NCBI GenBank assembly: GCA_051362555.1
Contig: CM120643.1
Coordinates: forward strand, 25,238,848-25,302,847
Source: Lingula anatina
Taxonomy: Eukaryota > Animalia > Brachiopoda
DNA length: 64,000 nt
Direction of reading: 5' to 3'
The position numbers and the translations under genes were made by a program. Every line of letters begins with the position of its first letter. Position 1 is the first letter of the stretch. The notes beneath the pieces are model-generated. The model ran no database searches. It worked only from the letters and a program-made list of their open reading frames with translations, and was not told the DNA's origin. This document shows, in pieces, positions 44,066 through 56,457 of the stretch.

Positions 44066-46161
44066 ATGCAAGCAGAGCTCGCCATTTGCCACCAGCTTCA
44101 AAAGACATTTAAAACAATCCAAGAACAGAGCAAACAATGGAAACTGACTTTAGAAACTTGCCAGAAAGACATGACCTCCTTGGAAAACCTGGCTGAACAA
44201 TACCAGTGCTGTGTCAAAGTTGATCTTCTTCAGACGCCACTGGCAGAGAGTTTTCCTGATATCAAGGAGAAGTTGTTATATAAGCAGCACGATGAAATGA
44301 CAGACGCGATTAATAGATTACAGGACATTCTGTAAGTTGAAATAACTGATGATGCATGAGTCTGGTGATTAAAAAAAAATTAAGGAAATACAAAAAAAAA
44401 AGAAGAAAAAGAATTATCCAGTTACCTTCAACAGCTATAAATTATTAGTTAGTACTTGGTAAATGTCAACCTGCAACATACCCCAAAATTCATTTAAAGG
44501 AATAATAACTCTTCCTTTGAGATTCAAAATTCCGCAAGAAATACATTGTAAACAACCCATGGAAATATATTCTATTGCATTTTACCACTAAAACAGCCGT
44601 TATTGTAGTAAAACTAAAGTCTGTGCTTGTCAATAGGGCTTTCGATGCCTTTCTTCCCGGTCGTCAAGGCATCCGTTGCCAATGACATTACCTAGGGTGT
44701 CATGTGGATTCTCGCGTTCATTCGAGACCAAAATAACTTCTGGCGCCAAACCCTGATGCAATTACGCAGACGTAAGTTGCGAGTTTTTGTACAGTGTGTC
44801 GGATAACGAAAAGCCCAGAATAGCACATCTACCGGTATCTTATGAATCTTATATTATTGTTATTTAGTGTTGTTGTTGTCTGCTTTTCCCGCGGTTTTAA
44901 GTAGGTCACCAGAAACTATCGCTCGATATCGCATGACTATGCAATGTCAGAGAGGGCTCTGTCAGTCAAAATCTCTTAAGAGATTTTAACAAAAATCAAA
45001 CATTTAGGAAAAAACCCTGGACTAACTTTGAATGCAGGAATGGGGTCGCTGACCATTGGTAAGTACGGGAAAATTGCCGTTTACTCTGGGAAAATCCAAT
45101 TTTTGGCCAAAACGAAGAATTATTATGACTTTAATATTGTTAAGTCACCTAATCCCTTCCTACTGTATGATTTTATTCTTTATGTTATGTTCTCATTCAG
45201 ATCAGCACAAAATATTCTCAAGGATAAAGTGTCCCATCAGGCTGAGCAGTGTATGGATTTATACAGCAAGTATGCAGGACAGTTAACTATGAAGAAAATG
45301 ACGGAATGTTCACCTATGTGGCCTTCCATGGCTACCATGTTACAGTGGGTGCAGGACTTTTCCAGGCTTTACAGGGAGGAGTATCCTTTATAATAATTGT
45401 CAATCACTATTCTTTGCTAGTCATGATGAAATTGAAGTGTTTATTCACACCATGTGAATGAATCAGGGAGCAGAAGTTAACAGTGTTTTAGTTGGGAATT
45501 ATATATTTATTAATGTTTCAGAAAAATGAATTATGTTTAAAATTGTGTCCATTATAATATTTGCTTTCACACTCATTAAACTATGCTCCTTACATTGCCA
45601 TAGTATCCTATGTAAGCAGCATACTCTGGAAGTTTTCTCACCTGATAAACCTGAGACAGTTTCTAGTCTTGTTGAGCACTGGAAAATGAACAAGATGCTC
45701 CAGCAGCAAATGGAAGGTATGATTTTGGTCTTTTTTTCATTTCACATTGGTACAATTTTAATCAAGCCCCAAGAAAGACTTGTTTTGTCATGACAAAGAA
45801 ACTGAGTTTAATTTTCAGAGACTTACATGTTAGTTCAGTTGTATCATACAATAATGAAATGATAAGTGTCTCTTTTACATGATTTTTTTTTTGTTTTTGT
45901 TCATAATGTTACATGTATGTTAGTCAGTATTAATTTTTGGTCCTTTACAGTGGTTAATAACTAAAGGAAAATGACCTTGCTTGACAATATGCTGATTTGA
46001 CAGCTTTTCAAGAAAACATAAGAACACAATAGCAGTAATGTGTTGCAGTTATTTTTACCAGTTATTTTTATTTTATTATTTTTTTTTTCTGTATAAAAAT
46101 TTTGCGTTTAATTTCAGAGCTTCTCCCGTTAGTGGCATTCTTCCAACAAGAACAGTTTTGA
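44066..46161 (+). CDS. AIRIM: C1orf109/AIRIM homologue (AFG2/SPATA5-complex ribosome maturation factor), 4 coding exons, ~200 aa
   Basis: Exons 44066-44331, 45201-45380, 45604-45716, 46118-46161 (603 nt). Motifs SLENLAEQ, FPDIKEKLLYKQ, PSMATMLQWVQD and terminal LVAFFQQE match recalled human C1orf109 (SLSNLAEQ, FPDLKERL..KQ, PSVADMLEWLQD, VSFFLEE). A non-coding first exon is probable near 34960-35090. Confidence 0.85.
44495..45134. mobile_element. TTAA-flanked MITE (Kolobok-like)
   Basis: Termini TTAAAGGAATAATAACTCTTC and GAAGAATTATTATGACTTTAA form imperfect TIRs with TTAA. Confidence 0.6.
45381..45603 (+). other. U12-type (minor spliceosome) GT-AG intron
   Basis: Donor GTATCCTTT; branch-like TCCTTAC at 45587-45593, 10 nt before the 3' end; no polypyrimidine tract; removal restores the reading frame. 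Confidence 0.85.
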
Positions 46162-46594
46162 TGCCTGGGAAGAAATGAAGGAATTAATGTGGAGTGTTTT
46201 TATCACAGCTATCAAACAAGCAGCAGGCATGCAGTACAAATTGCAGGTACATTTTGCTAACTACTTCAGAGGGTATTCTATGGTTGTTTTCTGTGAAACC
46301 AATATTGCTGACTGAAGTTGCCTGCATGCCTCAGATGCCATGGGACTGTTTAAACAGGGAATGCACAAGCTGATCAGAAATTTTGGGTGCCTAATAAATG
46401 ATGTTGAAAATTTGGTGCCAATTTTTAGGTTAATCTTTATTTTATTTTCGTTTTATTTGTGTATAATATGACATTCATAATGAACTGATGACATTTGTCC
46501 ACAGAGCTGATACATAATCTGCCTTCATAGATGTCATTGTTTTCAAAGACTGTAAACACTGGTAATTTATATCATTGATTCTAGCTCTGTTATT

Positions 46595-46856
46595 TGTAAA
46601 AGGTCAGTGACTATCAAAATAAAAAGACACAGTGCTGCCTGTAAGATTTCTTTATTGATCCAAAATGTAGTTTATTTCTAACAGAAATGTGCTGGTGTCA
46701 TTTTTCCATGTGATGTTTTCAATTCACACTGCTTTTTGATTGTCTCAGCAATTTATCCCCTTTTCTATCATGCTGTGGTCCAGGCTCATGTTCTAACAGA
46801 CTAACACAGAGTATTAATTAGAATCTGAAAGATTCTGAGACCTTTTTATTGCAAAT
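46595..46856 (-). pseudogene. Decayed duplicate of the IRF terminal exon, flanking intron and 3' UTR
   Basis: 46689-46753 matches 47574-47639; 46757-46856 matches 47778-47856; 46598-46692 matches parts of 46868-47026. Confidence 0.7.
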
Positions 46857-47554
46857 TAAAAACTTTAAAAGGTCAGTAAATACCAACATATGAAGACACT
46901 ATGTGACACTGTATTAGATCTAAAATGATCTGAATTATTTTATCATTTGCTAATATAATAGTCATCATCTAATATTGATCTAAAATGTATATAATTTATT
47001 TCTAACAAAGTAGCACTTAAATGTGCATCTACAAAGTGTGAAAATGACAGCTGCAAATTTTATAGTTTCTGATACATTGTAACAGTATTTGCTTAAATAC
47101 AAAATGTATATATATATATATACCTGAGATAAAGTTAGTCAGACAAAGTCCATAAATGACAAAAATATAATATAATAATATAATATGCCAAATATATAAT
47201 AATAATAAGTGTGTTTGTTGCAAGAGTAAAAGATTCATAAGGTGTTGTTGCAAAACAAAATGTTAAACCAAAGAGAATACAAATATGTAAAACTGATGGA
47301 GAAAGATGTCTGAATTAAAACTCTATTTAAAATTATTGTTTATTTTTGAAAAGGGATCCATTTTTTTCTGTGGAAAACCTAAGATGTAAAGTCCAGGCTT
47401 TACATTAAAAATTATTATTAATGTATGTCTAGAAAACGGTTGAATAAAACCAAAAAAACTGATAAAACATTAATAAGATTGAATGAAGAATATTGTCCAG
47501 ATTAGTAAAAATTAATTTCCTTTATACATTATTCATTTGACATGATTCATAGTC

Positions 47555-50500
47555 CTAATGCAGCGATCCTGAAGTGCTGGTATCCATTTTGCCATTTGAC
47601 GTTTTCAGTTCACACAGCTTTTTGATTGTCTCGGCAATTCTGTCAAAGTCATCTGACCCCGAGATCTCTATAGAAAACATGGGAGTGGGTTGGCATCCCA
47701 GCTGAAATGATGAAAGCTGAAATGATGAAAGCTAATTGTGATGTATTTGAAGTAGAATTATTAATCACAGCAATGTATTCCTTTTCCTATCATACTGTGG
47801 TCCAATTAGCTCATATTTTAGATTCTGACAGATTCCCAGACCTTTTTATTGAAAATATAGGTAAGTATTTGACCGACATATACAGTTTTAAAATGATTTA
47901 ATATGGATATTGAAGATGGGTTTTGAAAAGTCTTATTTTTCCAAAATTGATAGCAACACTAGTAGAGGGATCTGTGATACAAATCTCTAAAAACTAATTC
48001 TTAATTTTTTAATATTAAAACTCAAAGGTGTATTGGTTTTTACAATAATGGACTGTGCCATATAAAATAAATAAAATTATAATTATTAACAAGACACTGA
48101 TTTACATAGGAACCCCATTCTTACCTGTTGAATGATTTGCAAAGCCTTAGCACTGACCACTGTTGCAGAGATGAATGTATCCCGCCGACTCCAGTCGTCA
48201 CTGCTCCATGTCTGTCCAAATCCAAGTCGCACTTCAATACGTGGGCAAGGGCCCTGCCCCTGCACGTACCTGTCCACAGCTGGTAGAAAGTAGTTGGTGA
48301 AATCAAATATTTTAATGCCCATGTTGTCTCTCTTCACTTTGAAAATTTGTTCACCCTTGCTTGGAGAAGAACAGAAGATAACACATCTGCAAAAATGAGT
48401 GAATGAGAAGTTTATTATTTTTATATGTAATTTATCTAACCTGACCTAGCTTGAGGAAAATTTCAGCTTTGAAAATGGTGCTAATTCGCTATTTAGTCAA
48501 GTGTGCACTGTAAGGAACATTGATTGGCAGTAGACTTGGAAATATTTGAAAACTGCAAGGGGAAATAATGATTGATAAATACAGTTTTATTTATCATTTG
48601 CTTATGTAGTAATTATTTCTTCACTGAAATACATCCTTGGCATGTATCTCAGTGTTGTGTACGATGTAAAATTAAAGAATGAGTAATTACAAAACGTATT
48701 CAGAAAACAAAACTGGTAACTGAAAACTAATAACAAAACCTTAAAAACTAAAATTGTAAGTTAAAAATATTGTATATAAACAGAATATAATATCATATAA
48801 TGACATATTTGTGAAGTGACACTTACCTGCACAGGCGAGTGAGATAAATGTCTCCATTAATACACTGCAGTAGCAGCCCTCGCTCCATGCTCTCCAGAAT
48901 TTTCTTGGTGGACTGGTGTTGTGATGTTCCTTGGGCATACTTTGGTGGAGGCATCAGATAGTGGTTTAACACACTAGGGCCAAACAACTGAAACCAAACA
49001 CGTGCATGTTTCTAAATCCATGTACCTAATCTTATATCCCCCTGCCCTTTTCAGCAAATGTTCACTTGCGGTGAGAGGGGAGAAAAATAAAGGATAAAAT
49101 AATGCCCCCCCCCTCCCCAAGCTCACCTCTCTTCTTTTACACTGAATCTTCCAGCCTACAGTATTAATCTCCTTTGTTGACAGTGCAAAATTATAGTTAT
49201 TGCTTTAGAGGAGCTTGAGTAAACATGATCTCTTACCATTTGTTATCATTGTGCCAAAGAGTGTTACTTCAAATGTTTCAAATAACTTAGACGAACCTTG
49301 GGGTTTGTCCAAAACATGTCAGTTATGAATATGCCAAAATGGTTTAGGTCTAGATTAAATCACCAAGCATATCCAAGATTTAATTAAATTTGAAAAAAAA
49401 AATGTATTTTCTTTAATACACTCCATTGCACAAACCACACCTAGTTTTTATACTTTGGAATTTATAATCTTTATTTCATTTTAGTTAAATTGAATTTGGA
49501 AAAATAATCTGTTTCATAAAATGTCCAAAAATCAATCAATTTTGTTCAAACTTACAGAGCTATTACCATATTTCCATACCTGATCTCTCATCTCCCCGGC
49601 ATAGGTCTGAGCAATCTCGGCCATGTGCTGTGCAGTGCCAGGATAGGATGAATTATAATACAGGCGACTGCCGTTGGGGTTGTTCATCTCGTACTGGGCG
49701 ACTTGGCTGTTGAGGTAGAACAGTTTTACTAACATCTGATGGCCTGTATGAGGAAGTAAATATTACTTAGAATTCAAATTATATTTTAATGACTAGAAAT
49801 ATACATATTTTATTAAGAGAAGTATTCTGAATGTTGTTTGGTTTATTTTGAAAGGGTATGTAGGGCATTTTTTTATTTTTAGGGGGAGAGACAGGTGGAT
49901 CAGATTAGATTGTAATAATTAATAATTGTAGCTGTTCTGGTGATTTCATTGTCATCTACTGATACCTGCTTGGGAGTTGAGAAAACTAAACGGTGACTTG
50001 AACCCAAATCCCAATTTAAACTTGTTGAACTTGTTGCAAGGGCATCGTGCTATACTAAGTGTTGGTTTTACTTTTACAATTAAATCAACTTAATAGTTTT
50101 ATCTCTCATGCTCACAATCAGGAGGCAACTTTCATGTCATGATATCAAATTTTCTTTTGTCACTATAGTCTTTATTTGCACACTTGTTCATAATTGTCAC
50201 GAGATGGAACTAGACAGGCCTTGTGATTATACATAAAACAAATTGAAAACAAAATTTGTGACAACATGAAAGACGTCAGTACACATGTGATACTTTTGTC
50301 TTGGAAGATGAAAAAAAAAAAACTGATTCAGAAATCAATATCTTGGTCAGCAGAAAAAACGTACCTTTTCAAATTTCAAGTTGTAAATGCCCTATTTTCC
50401 CCTCTTTTATGTAAGGCACACAAGGTAAGAAGAGAATGTCTGCATAAACATCTTTTTTTTTTGTTGGGTGGGTGGGTGGGGTGGGGTGGGGGGCTAATGT

Positions 50501-53500
50501 AACAAAAGTCTTCAGTTTTTAGTTATACTATTTGAATCACTATGGCAGCATGCGATTGAGTTCAGTGACTATGGTTTGAGGAGTCCTCACCTAATATGCA
50601 TCTTAAAGTTTTATGTTTCCCGATTCATGTGCAAATAGCGACAGGAATGAAACTGAAGACTGGTCATGGGACGGCCATTTCACATTCTTATCATTAAGTA
50701 GAGCCATAATTTGTTAGTATATATGTCCACCAGGTAATTAGTCATCAAAGATTATGTCTTCCTTTGTGGACAACTTTTATCACCAGCTGAGCAGAACTGT
50801 CAACATTTTGATCAATAAAACTTGACAAAATGCAGGCCCCTATCTTTTCACTTTTATAACAGGGCAGCACATGACTGAAAGTCAATATTGACATCACTTT
50901 ATCTACAAGTGATCCTAAGATCCAGTTTGCCTTTTTGCAAATTTAATGAGTGGTAAGAATTGGATCTAACTATGCTGGGTTGAGCCTGAAATGGATGACC
51001 AGGTGAAAGGCCCCAGGGGGTGGGGGTGGGGGCTTTTCAGGACTGTGAATTCTCACTGATTATGATTTATATAAATGTTTTGTTTTTCTGAGTGGGTCAT
51101 GTGAATTTTTTAACTGATTCAGTTATGCTTATTGCAGAATCCTATTTTTTTGTTAGTTTCGACATATATATATATATATTTAGAGAGCTTGAGTAGAAAT
51201 TTAATAATTGAGTTGTGGTCTTGTGAAAGCTTAAATTTTCAAGTACACAGTAATTATGTGAAACACAACATTTGATTCATGACTGTCCATTAATTATGTT
51301 TCTTCCTGTTTCTGGTGTCAAGGTATAGTTCTTTCTCCACCTGATTCAGTTTCCTTGAATAATATTGAAAATTTGTTTGACAACTATTATAATTATTGGG
51401 CAGTACAAATATTCAGGAAAATCATTTAATTACAAGCATATTAATCAGCAATTGTGCTGTACTTCCTGTTTCTAAAGAAGAGGAAATAGGTTATTTCATA
51501 TACCTGTGCTAGTTTCTTCGAAAATCATAAGTCTTGTGGTTTTGTCAATACACTGTGTAAAAGATTATGAAGTTTTATTGTTTGAGAAAATTTAGAGTAA
51601 CATTGTGAGTAACAATAAATTATTAGTTAAGTATCCTAAAAATAAAGATTCATGAAATCTTTCTTTATCTGTTGCTGTCTCTTAACCACAAACTTGTGGT
51701 TTTTGTTGTATTGTTATTTTTATTATTGCAGTTGCACAATTTAGTGAAATTCAACTGATGAGCAACAGAGTTGAGACCATCATGTTTTTTTTTTTTTTTA
51801 CTTCCTGAACTGCCACCTAGGGGCAGATTGACTCGTCATCTCATTGTGATATAGTCGACAAAAAGCAGAAGTAAAGAATGACATCAACCTAGTCACAATA
51901 AAACAATGATACGTGTGGAAGATTGAGAAAACTTAACTTTTTTGATGGTGTCTTTGTTGATTTAGTACTAGATCCTGTATTTAAATGTACCAATTTTAAG
52001 AAATTACAGAAATCATTGAAAGGTGTGCCTTGTAAAAATAATGATTTTTTGACTCATAATTCTCAAAGTAGATATTTTTGTCAGTTATGCTGACCTTTAT
52101 CAGCAAAAATCTGATAAATATTTTCAGAACTACAAAGTGCACTCATAGGTGGACTTTTTGATTAAACACTTCTTTTTCAGCTATGTTAATTAGTATACTA
52201 AACGTACAATGGTTACCACTTAATTCTAGGTGTCATAGTAACTTTAATAAAGTGAGTTATTTCATGGATACTGAATTATAAAAACTGAAGACGAAAATAA
52301 AAAAAGCACTACCTGCAATTTGCAAGTCATTGCTTTGTCCCAGTATTCCCTTGGGCACATCTGAGTCATGGTCAGTAACGCCGGACACAGGGGTCATCCC
52401 TACACTCATTTCTGGCTGGACAGGCATCATGGCGTGACCACCACTGACGTACTTCTGTTGGTCAAGACTGTCGCACTTGACCAGGTCATCAGAATTAATG
52501 TTTGCCCACTCCTCATCTATGGACATCATGGAAGGAGGTTCAATGAGATTTAGAGGAATCTGAAGAAGATAAAACATACTGTTCAAAATATATGAACCTA
52601 CATAAATTACTTTTTTATAAGTAAGAAAATGTTTTTAATACATGGGAAAATGTTTTTTATTTATTTATTTGTTAATTAATTAATTTATTTTTTGTAAGAT
52701 TAGAAAGAATTTTACTTATAAAAGCAATTATACAATTTGTGTTGTTTTCATTTTCATACTTTTTTGTGTCAGAGCTTATGTGAACATTTCTGCGAGATTC
52801 ATTTGCAGTCCAAAGCAATTTTTTAAGACTGTGTACTATTTTGCACCCCATTTCCATAGATTAGATCGGCCTACTTTGGATCTACCTAACTCCCTGGGGG
52901 TTCGCGCTGAATAGCTGTCAGCCGGGCGGACACGAAAGTTAATTGCCCCTTACGGCTTGTAGTGGGCGGGGACGGACACTTAAGGGGGATTATCTGACGG
53001 TAGTCTGGTGAGACTCCCCGCGGTGATAGATCGATCTAAAGTTGTGGGAATAGACCCTTGGTCTAGACATTGGATGCAGTTGGTGTTTTTTTAACATGAA
53101 ATATATTTTTAAGCATTCACAAGGCTATCTTTACTCTAGTACAGGTACGTATTTCGCCTACGTTTTACACAGAGAATGTACTGGCAAAGGGTAGGGCCAA
53201 AGGTGTGTGTGTGTGTGGGGGGGGGGGGGGAGCAGTTGTTTCAGTTTCCATTTTTATTTTCAAATTTCCACATCCAAAATTAAATTGTGGAGTGGATGGT
53301 AAGCCGGTGTGAAGGAGATTGGAGGGGGTGTAGGTAATTTAAAGAATTATTCACTGATTTACATAGAAATTCAATACACCCTGTGGGTATAAGGATCGAT
53401 CCCAATGTAAGGTAATGCTGTTTCTTAGTGATTCAGTTTTGTGAACTTTTCAAGTCTAAATATAGTTCCTGAAGTGGGGGGAAAGCTATGACCCACGTCA

Positions 53501-55751
53501 ACCTTTTAACCCTTTTGATATGAGACACCTAATTATTTGTTACTCTCTATAACATTAAGGGGGTGGGGTCAAGAAAGAGGTGTTACTTACCCAGGTTCCA
53601 TTGTCTTCATCCAAATTGGAGTCATTTTCTGTCAGACATGTTGAAGAGTCTCCTTTTTCTGTGGTGATAAAAGAGAAAGTAGTAATACAAAAAACTGTGT
53701 TGTTTGTAAGATATTGCAATATTTGAGCTCATTAAAAGGGTGCATGCCTGAGTTATTTAGAATCATATTATTTTCTCACTTGGCCATTGAAGCTCTGCTG
53801 AACGTTAGTCTATATGCAGCATTCAGCCACTCTGGTTAAATGCATATTTTCATGAATTAAAGAAAAACAGAGAAAAACGAAAATATAGGAATGGAAATTT
53901 ATAGACCCCCCTCACTCCTCTTCCATGCCTGCCCCCTTCACGCACAGAAACTGTCAATAAGTATAAGCGCCAGGGTTGTGATTGTTATCACAGAAAAGGT
54001 AAACAGTTCTTGGAAGGGCTATAAATATTTTGATGAGATCAATGAGTAAGTGCAGTACTTCATTGTATAGCTTAAATTTCAGGTGAATAACGATATCAAT
54101 ACCCTTAGCATTACTCGCTATGGTTATAGGTTCGTGTTTTTCTTTTCTTAACTGGGTGCTCTATGTTTCCGACCTTCTCTGTATTTTCATTTATTTAAGG
54201 TGCATTTTTCCATAAAACCGCTAGAGTAAACTCAATTTGGAAAACTAGCAGTTTATATTCATCTCAGCTTAAGGTGATCATAATTTTTATTTCTTTGGGG
54301 GGCAGATTGCCATGTGTCATGTTCCCCGGTTGGAAAAGTTCCAAACTTTAACCACAAATAAGCCCCATGTGGTATAAAAAATTGTGAAGAGGTGTAATTT
54401 AAAACATTCCTGGACACAGAAAAGGCTTGTAAACTGATGTAAGAGAAACGATAAAACAGGTATAATTCTCAGAACTGCACGTGTTTTTTATAGCCCGATG
54501 TTTAAAACGAAAGATTTGAAGAAAGGGGCGGAAATTTAAGCGCGGTATTTTAGGACCCCATATTTCACAATGCCATGCAAACCCTTACCAGGTGAGCAAT
54601 CCAACAAAAGACAATTGCCTAGACTAAACAACTACTTTCATTTTATCATTTTAGGGAACGTTGGTATACAATCTCTATTACTAAAACAAATATACACATA
54701 TCAATGCTTAGCCTCCCCAAGTGAACATTTTGGAAGAAGGGGGTAATAGTCTAATTCTGTTCAGCAGAACAAAGTGCGCTTCACATACGTACTGTACAAT
54801 GATCTCCGAGATATTGTACACCATCGTAACACGAACGTATGTACCAGTTCGGAAATAAATCGAATTAACAATTTCTATATCTATGGACCAAAGTTAACAT
54901 AAATTCATAACATACCAGTTGCTGTCAAGAATCTATACACTCTGAAGGGGTCTTCATCGTCGGGTCTGCTCATCGTTCTCAGCTCTTGTATTTTGGGCGC
55001 CCTGTTTAATGCCATGCGGAGACGCGTTTTCCAGGTGGCGTAATCGGGCTGATCTATTCCCTTTCTAAACCTCCCTGTATGTTCAGCCCAATTCTATAAA
55101 AAAAAAACGAAATTTTATCTTATTTTATTTTATTTTATCTCAAAAATATGTTTGGTTTAAAAATTTACTGTTTTAAGTGCTCACACAGGTCAGCTTTTCA
55201 GACCCTGTAGACCGAATGATAGGTCTTCTCACTGTACTGAGTGAACCATGAAAATGACAAGGCAAAGAAGCCCACGCTGTAGTAGGGTTCCGCAACTTTG
55301 ACACATCCGAGAGCGTACGCTTCTTGATAATCTTTCACCACCAAATCACAAGTTAAACAGCCTTATATATTTGATTTGCTACATACTCAATACGGACGGA
55401 ATATAGTATAGCCTTCAGAACTAAGAAAATGAAAGTGTAATTTAGCCTAGACAGACCGCCAAAATGATCTATGCTGTAATTTAACTTTGACTTGTCTCGC
55501 TTTTAAATAAGCGGCAAAAGACGTTGAATTTGGACGTTGACCTTGTGTTTGGACTCTAAAAAATTTAAAGTATTAAATCTTCTTACTTTAAAAATGAGCG
55601 AGTCCTCCTCTCTCCAGCCTTGTTTTCCTCCGTGCTTCCATGGAATTCTGAAGATGGTGTGATCCCTGTCCAACCACCGGAGTCCAGGAACACGACCGCT
55701 GTTGATTTGAGCCTCCAACCAGGGTCGCAGACGCTGGCGATTTACGGACAT
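47555..55751 (-). CDS. Interferon regulatory factor A (DBD + IAD), 8 exons, ~463 aa
   Basis: Exons 55587-55751, 54916-55093, 53591-53658, 52313-52559, 49580-49743, 48827-48987, 48125-48386, 47555-47701 (1392 nt, phases fit). Five-Trp DBD (RLRPWL, LRWLD, FRIPWKH, IFKNWA, TWKTRLR); IAD (LFGP, MERGLLL, IYLTRLC, LGFGQTW); C-terminal SIEIS plus helix. Confidence 0.92.
52847..53058 (-). mobile_element. Diverged copy of the 4006/4417 palindromic element
   Basis: GTGAGACTCCCCGCGGTGATAGATCGATCTAAAGTTGTGGGAATAGACCC approximates the reverse complement of the 4006 start. Confidence 0.6.
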
Positions 55752-56417
55752 TTTTTTGTCTCTTTAATAACTTATTTCCCAGACGGCTGTGTAAACGGAA
55801 AGTTAAGTCGCGTCTGTGCCGTGTGAACCCCTGCGAGTCTTTCTTTAAAATCTGAACGAGAACAAAAGTGGAGAAATTGTTGTCAACGTCTTAAAACTGT
55901 AGGCGGACAGACTGCGGTTGTCTATTTATCAACACTGAGATTCAACGTGGGATTGTGACATAGGGGCATAGATTGGGTAATATTAATTTGGCTCATGACA
56001 TCATGAATCCAGTCAATGTCGCAATGCTCCTTTTCGCCTATCTATAGGCAATCCATTGACAATCAATAATTACAATTGCATCAAAAATGATATCAACCGG
56101 ATCTTTCTGTCACTTGCGGGTAGATTAAAGCACAGTCCTCTGTTAAAGTGGGCCTACAGTTAAAGAAATATATTTTACACGTGCACGGTATGAGAGGGCC
56201 TGTCCACTCTGTCTAACGTTAATTACTAATGAAAATCTCTGCTCAACACACCGATTATATACAGTTGTGAAACAATCAGTTTTATTCCCTGTGGGTGGGG
56301 GAGGGGGCAAGGATTTAATGACGTTTCCCCCCACCCAAGCATGCCGGTGGAACCGCCTCCGGTCTGAGCAGAAAAAAAAAGCCGCTGGCAACTCCTCCCC
56401 GTTACCTTAGCTGCCTT

Positions 56418-56457
56418 CCATATAAGGAGCGTCAACCACGTGACTAACCATATATGG
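56418..56457. promoter_or_regulatory. Paired CArG boxes flanking a half-CRE and an E-box, upstream of IRF-A
   Basis: CCATATAAGG 56418-56427, GCGTCA, CACGTGAC, CCATATATGG 56448-56457. Confidence 0.55.
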
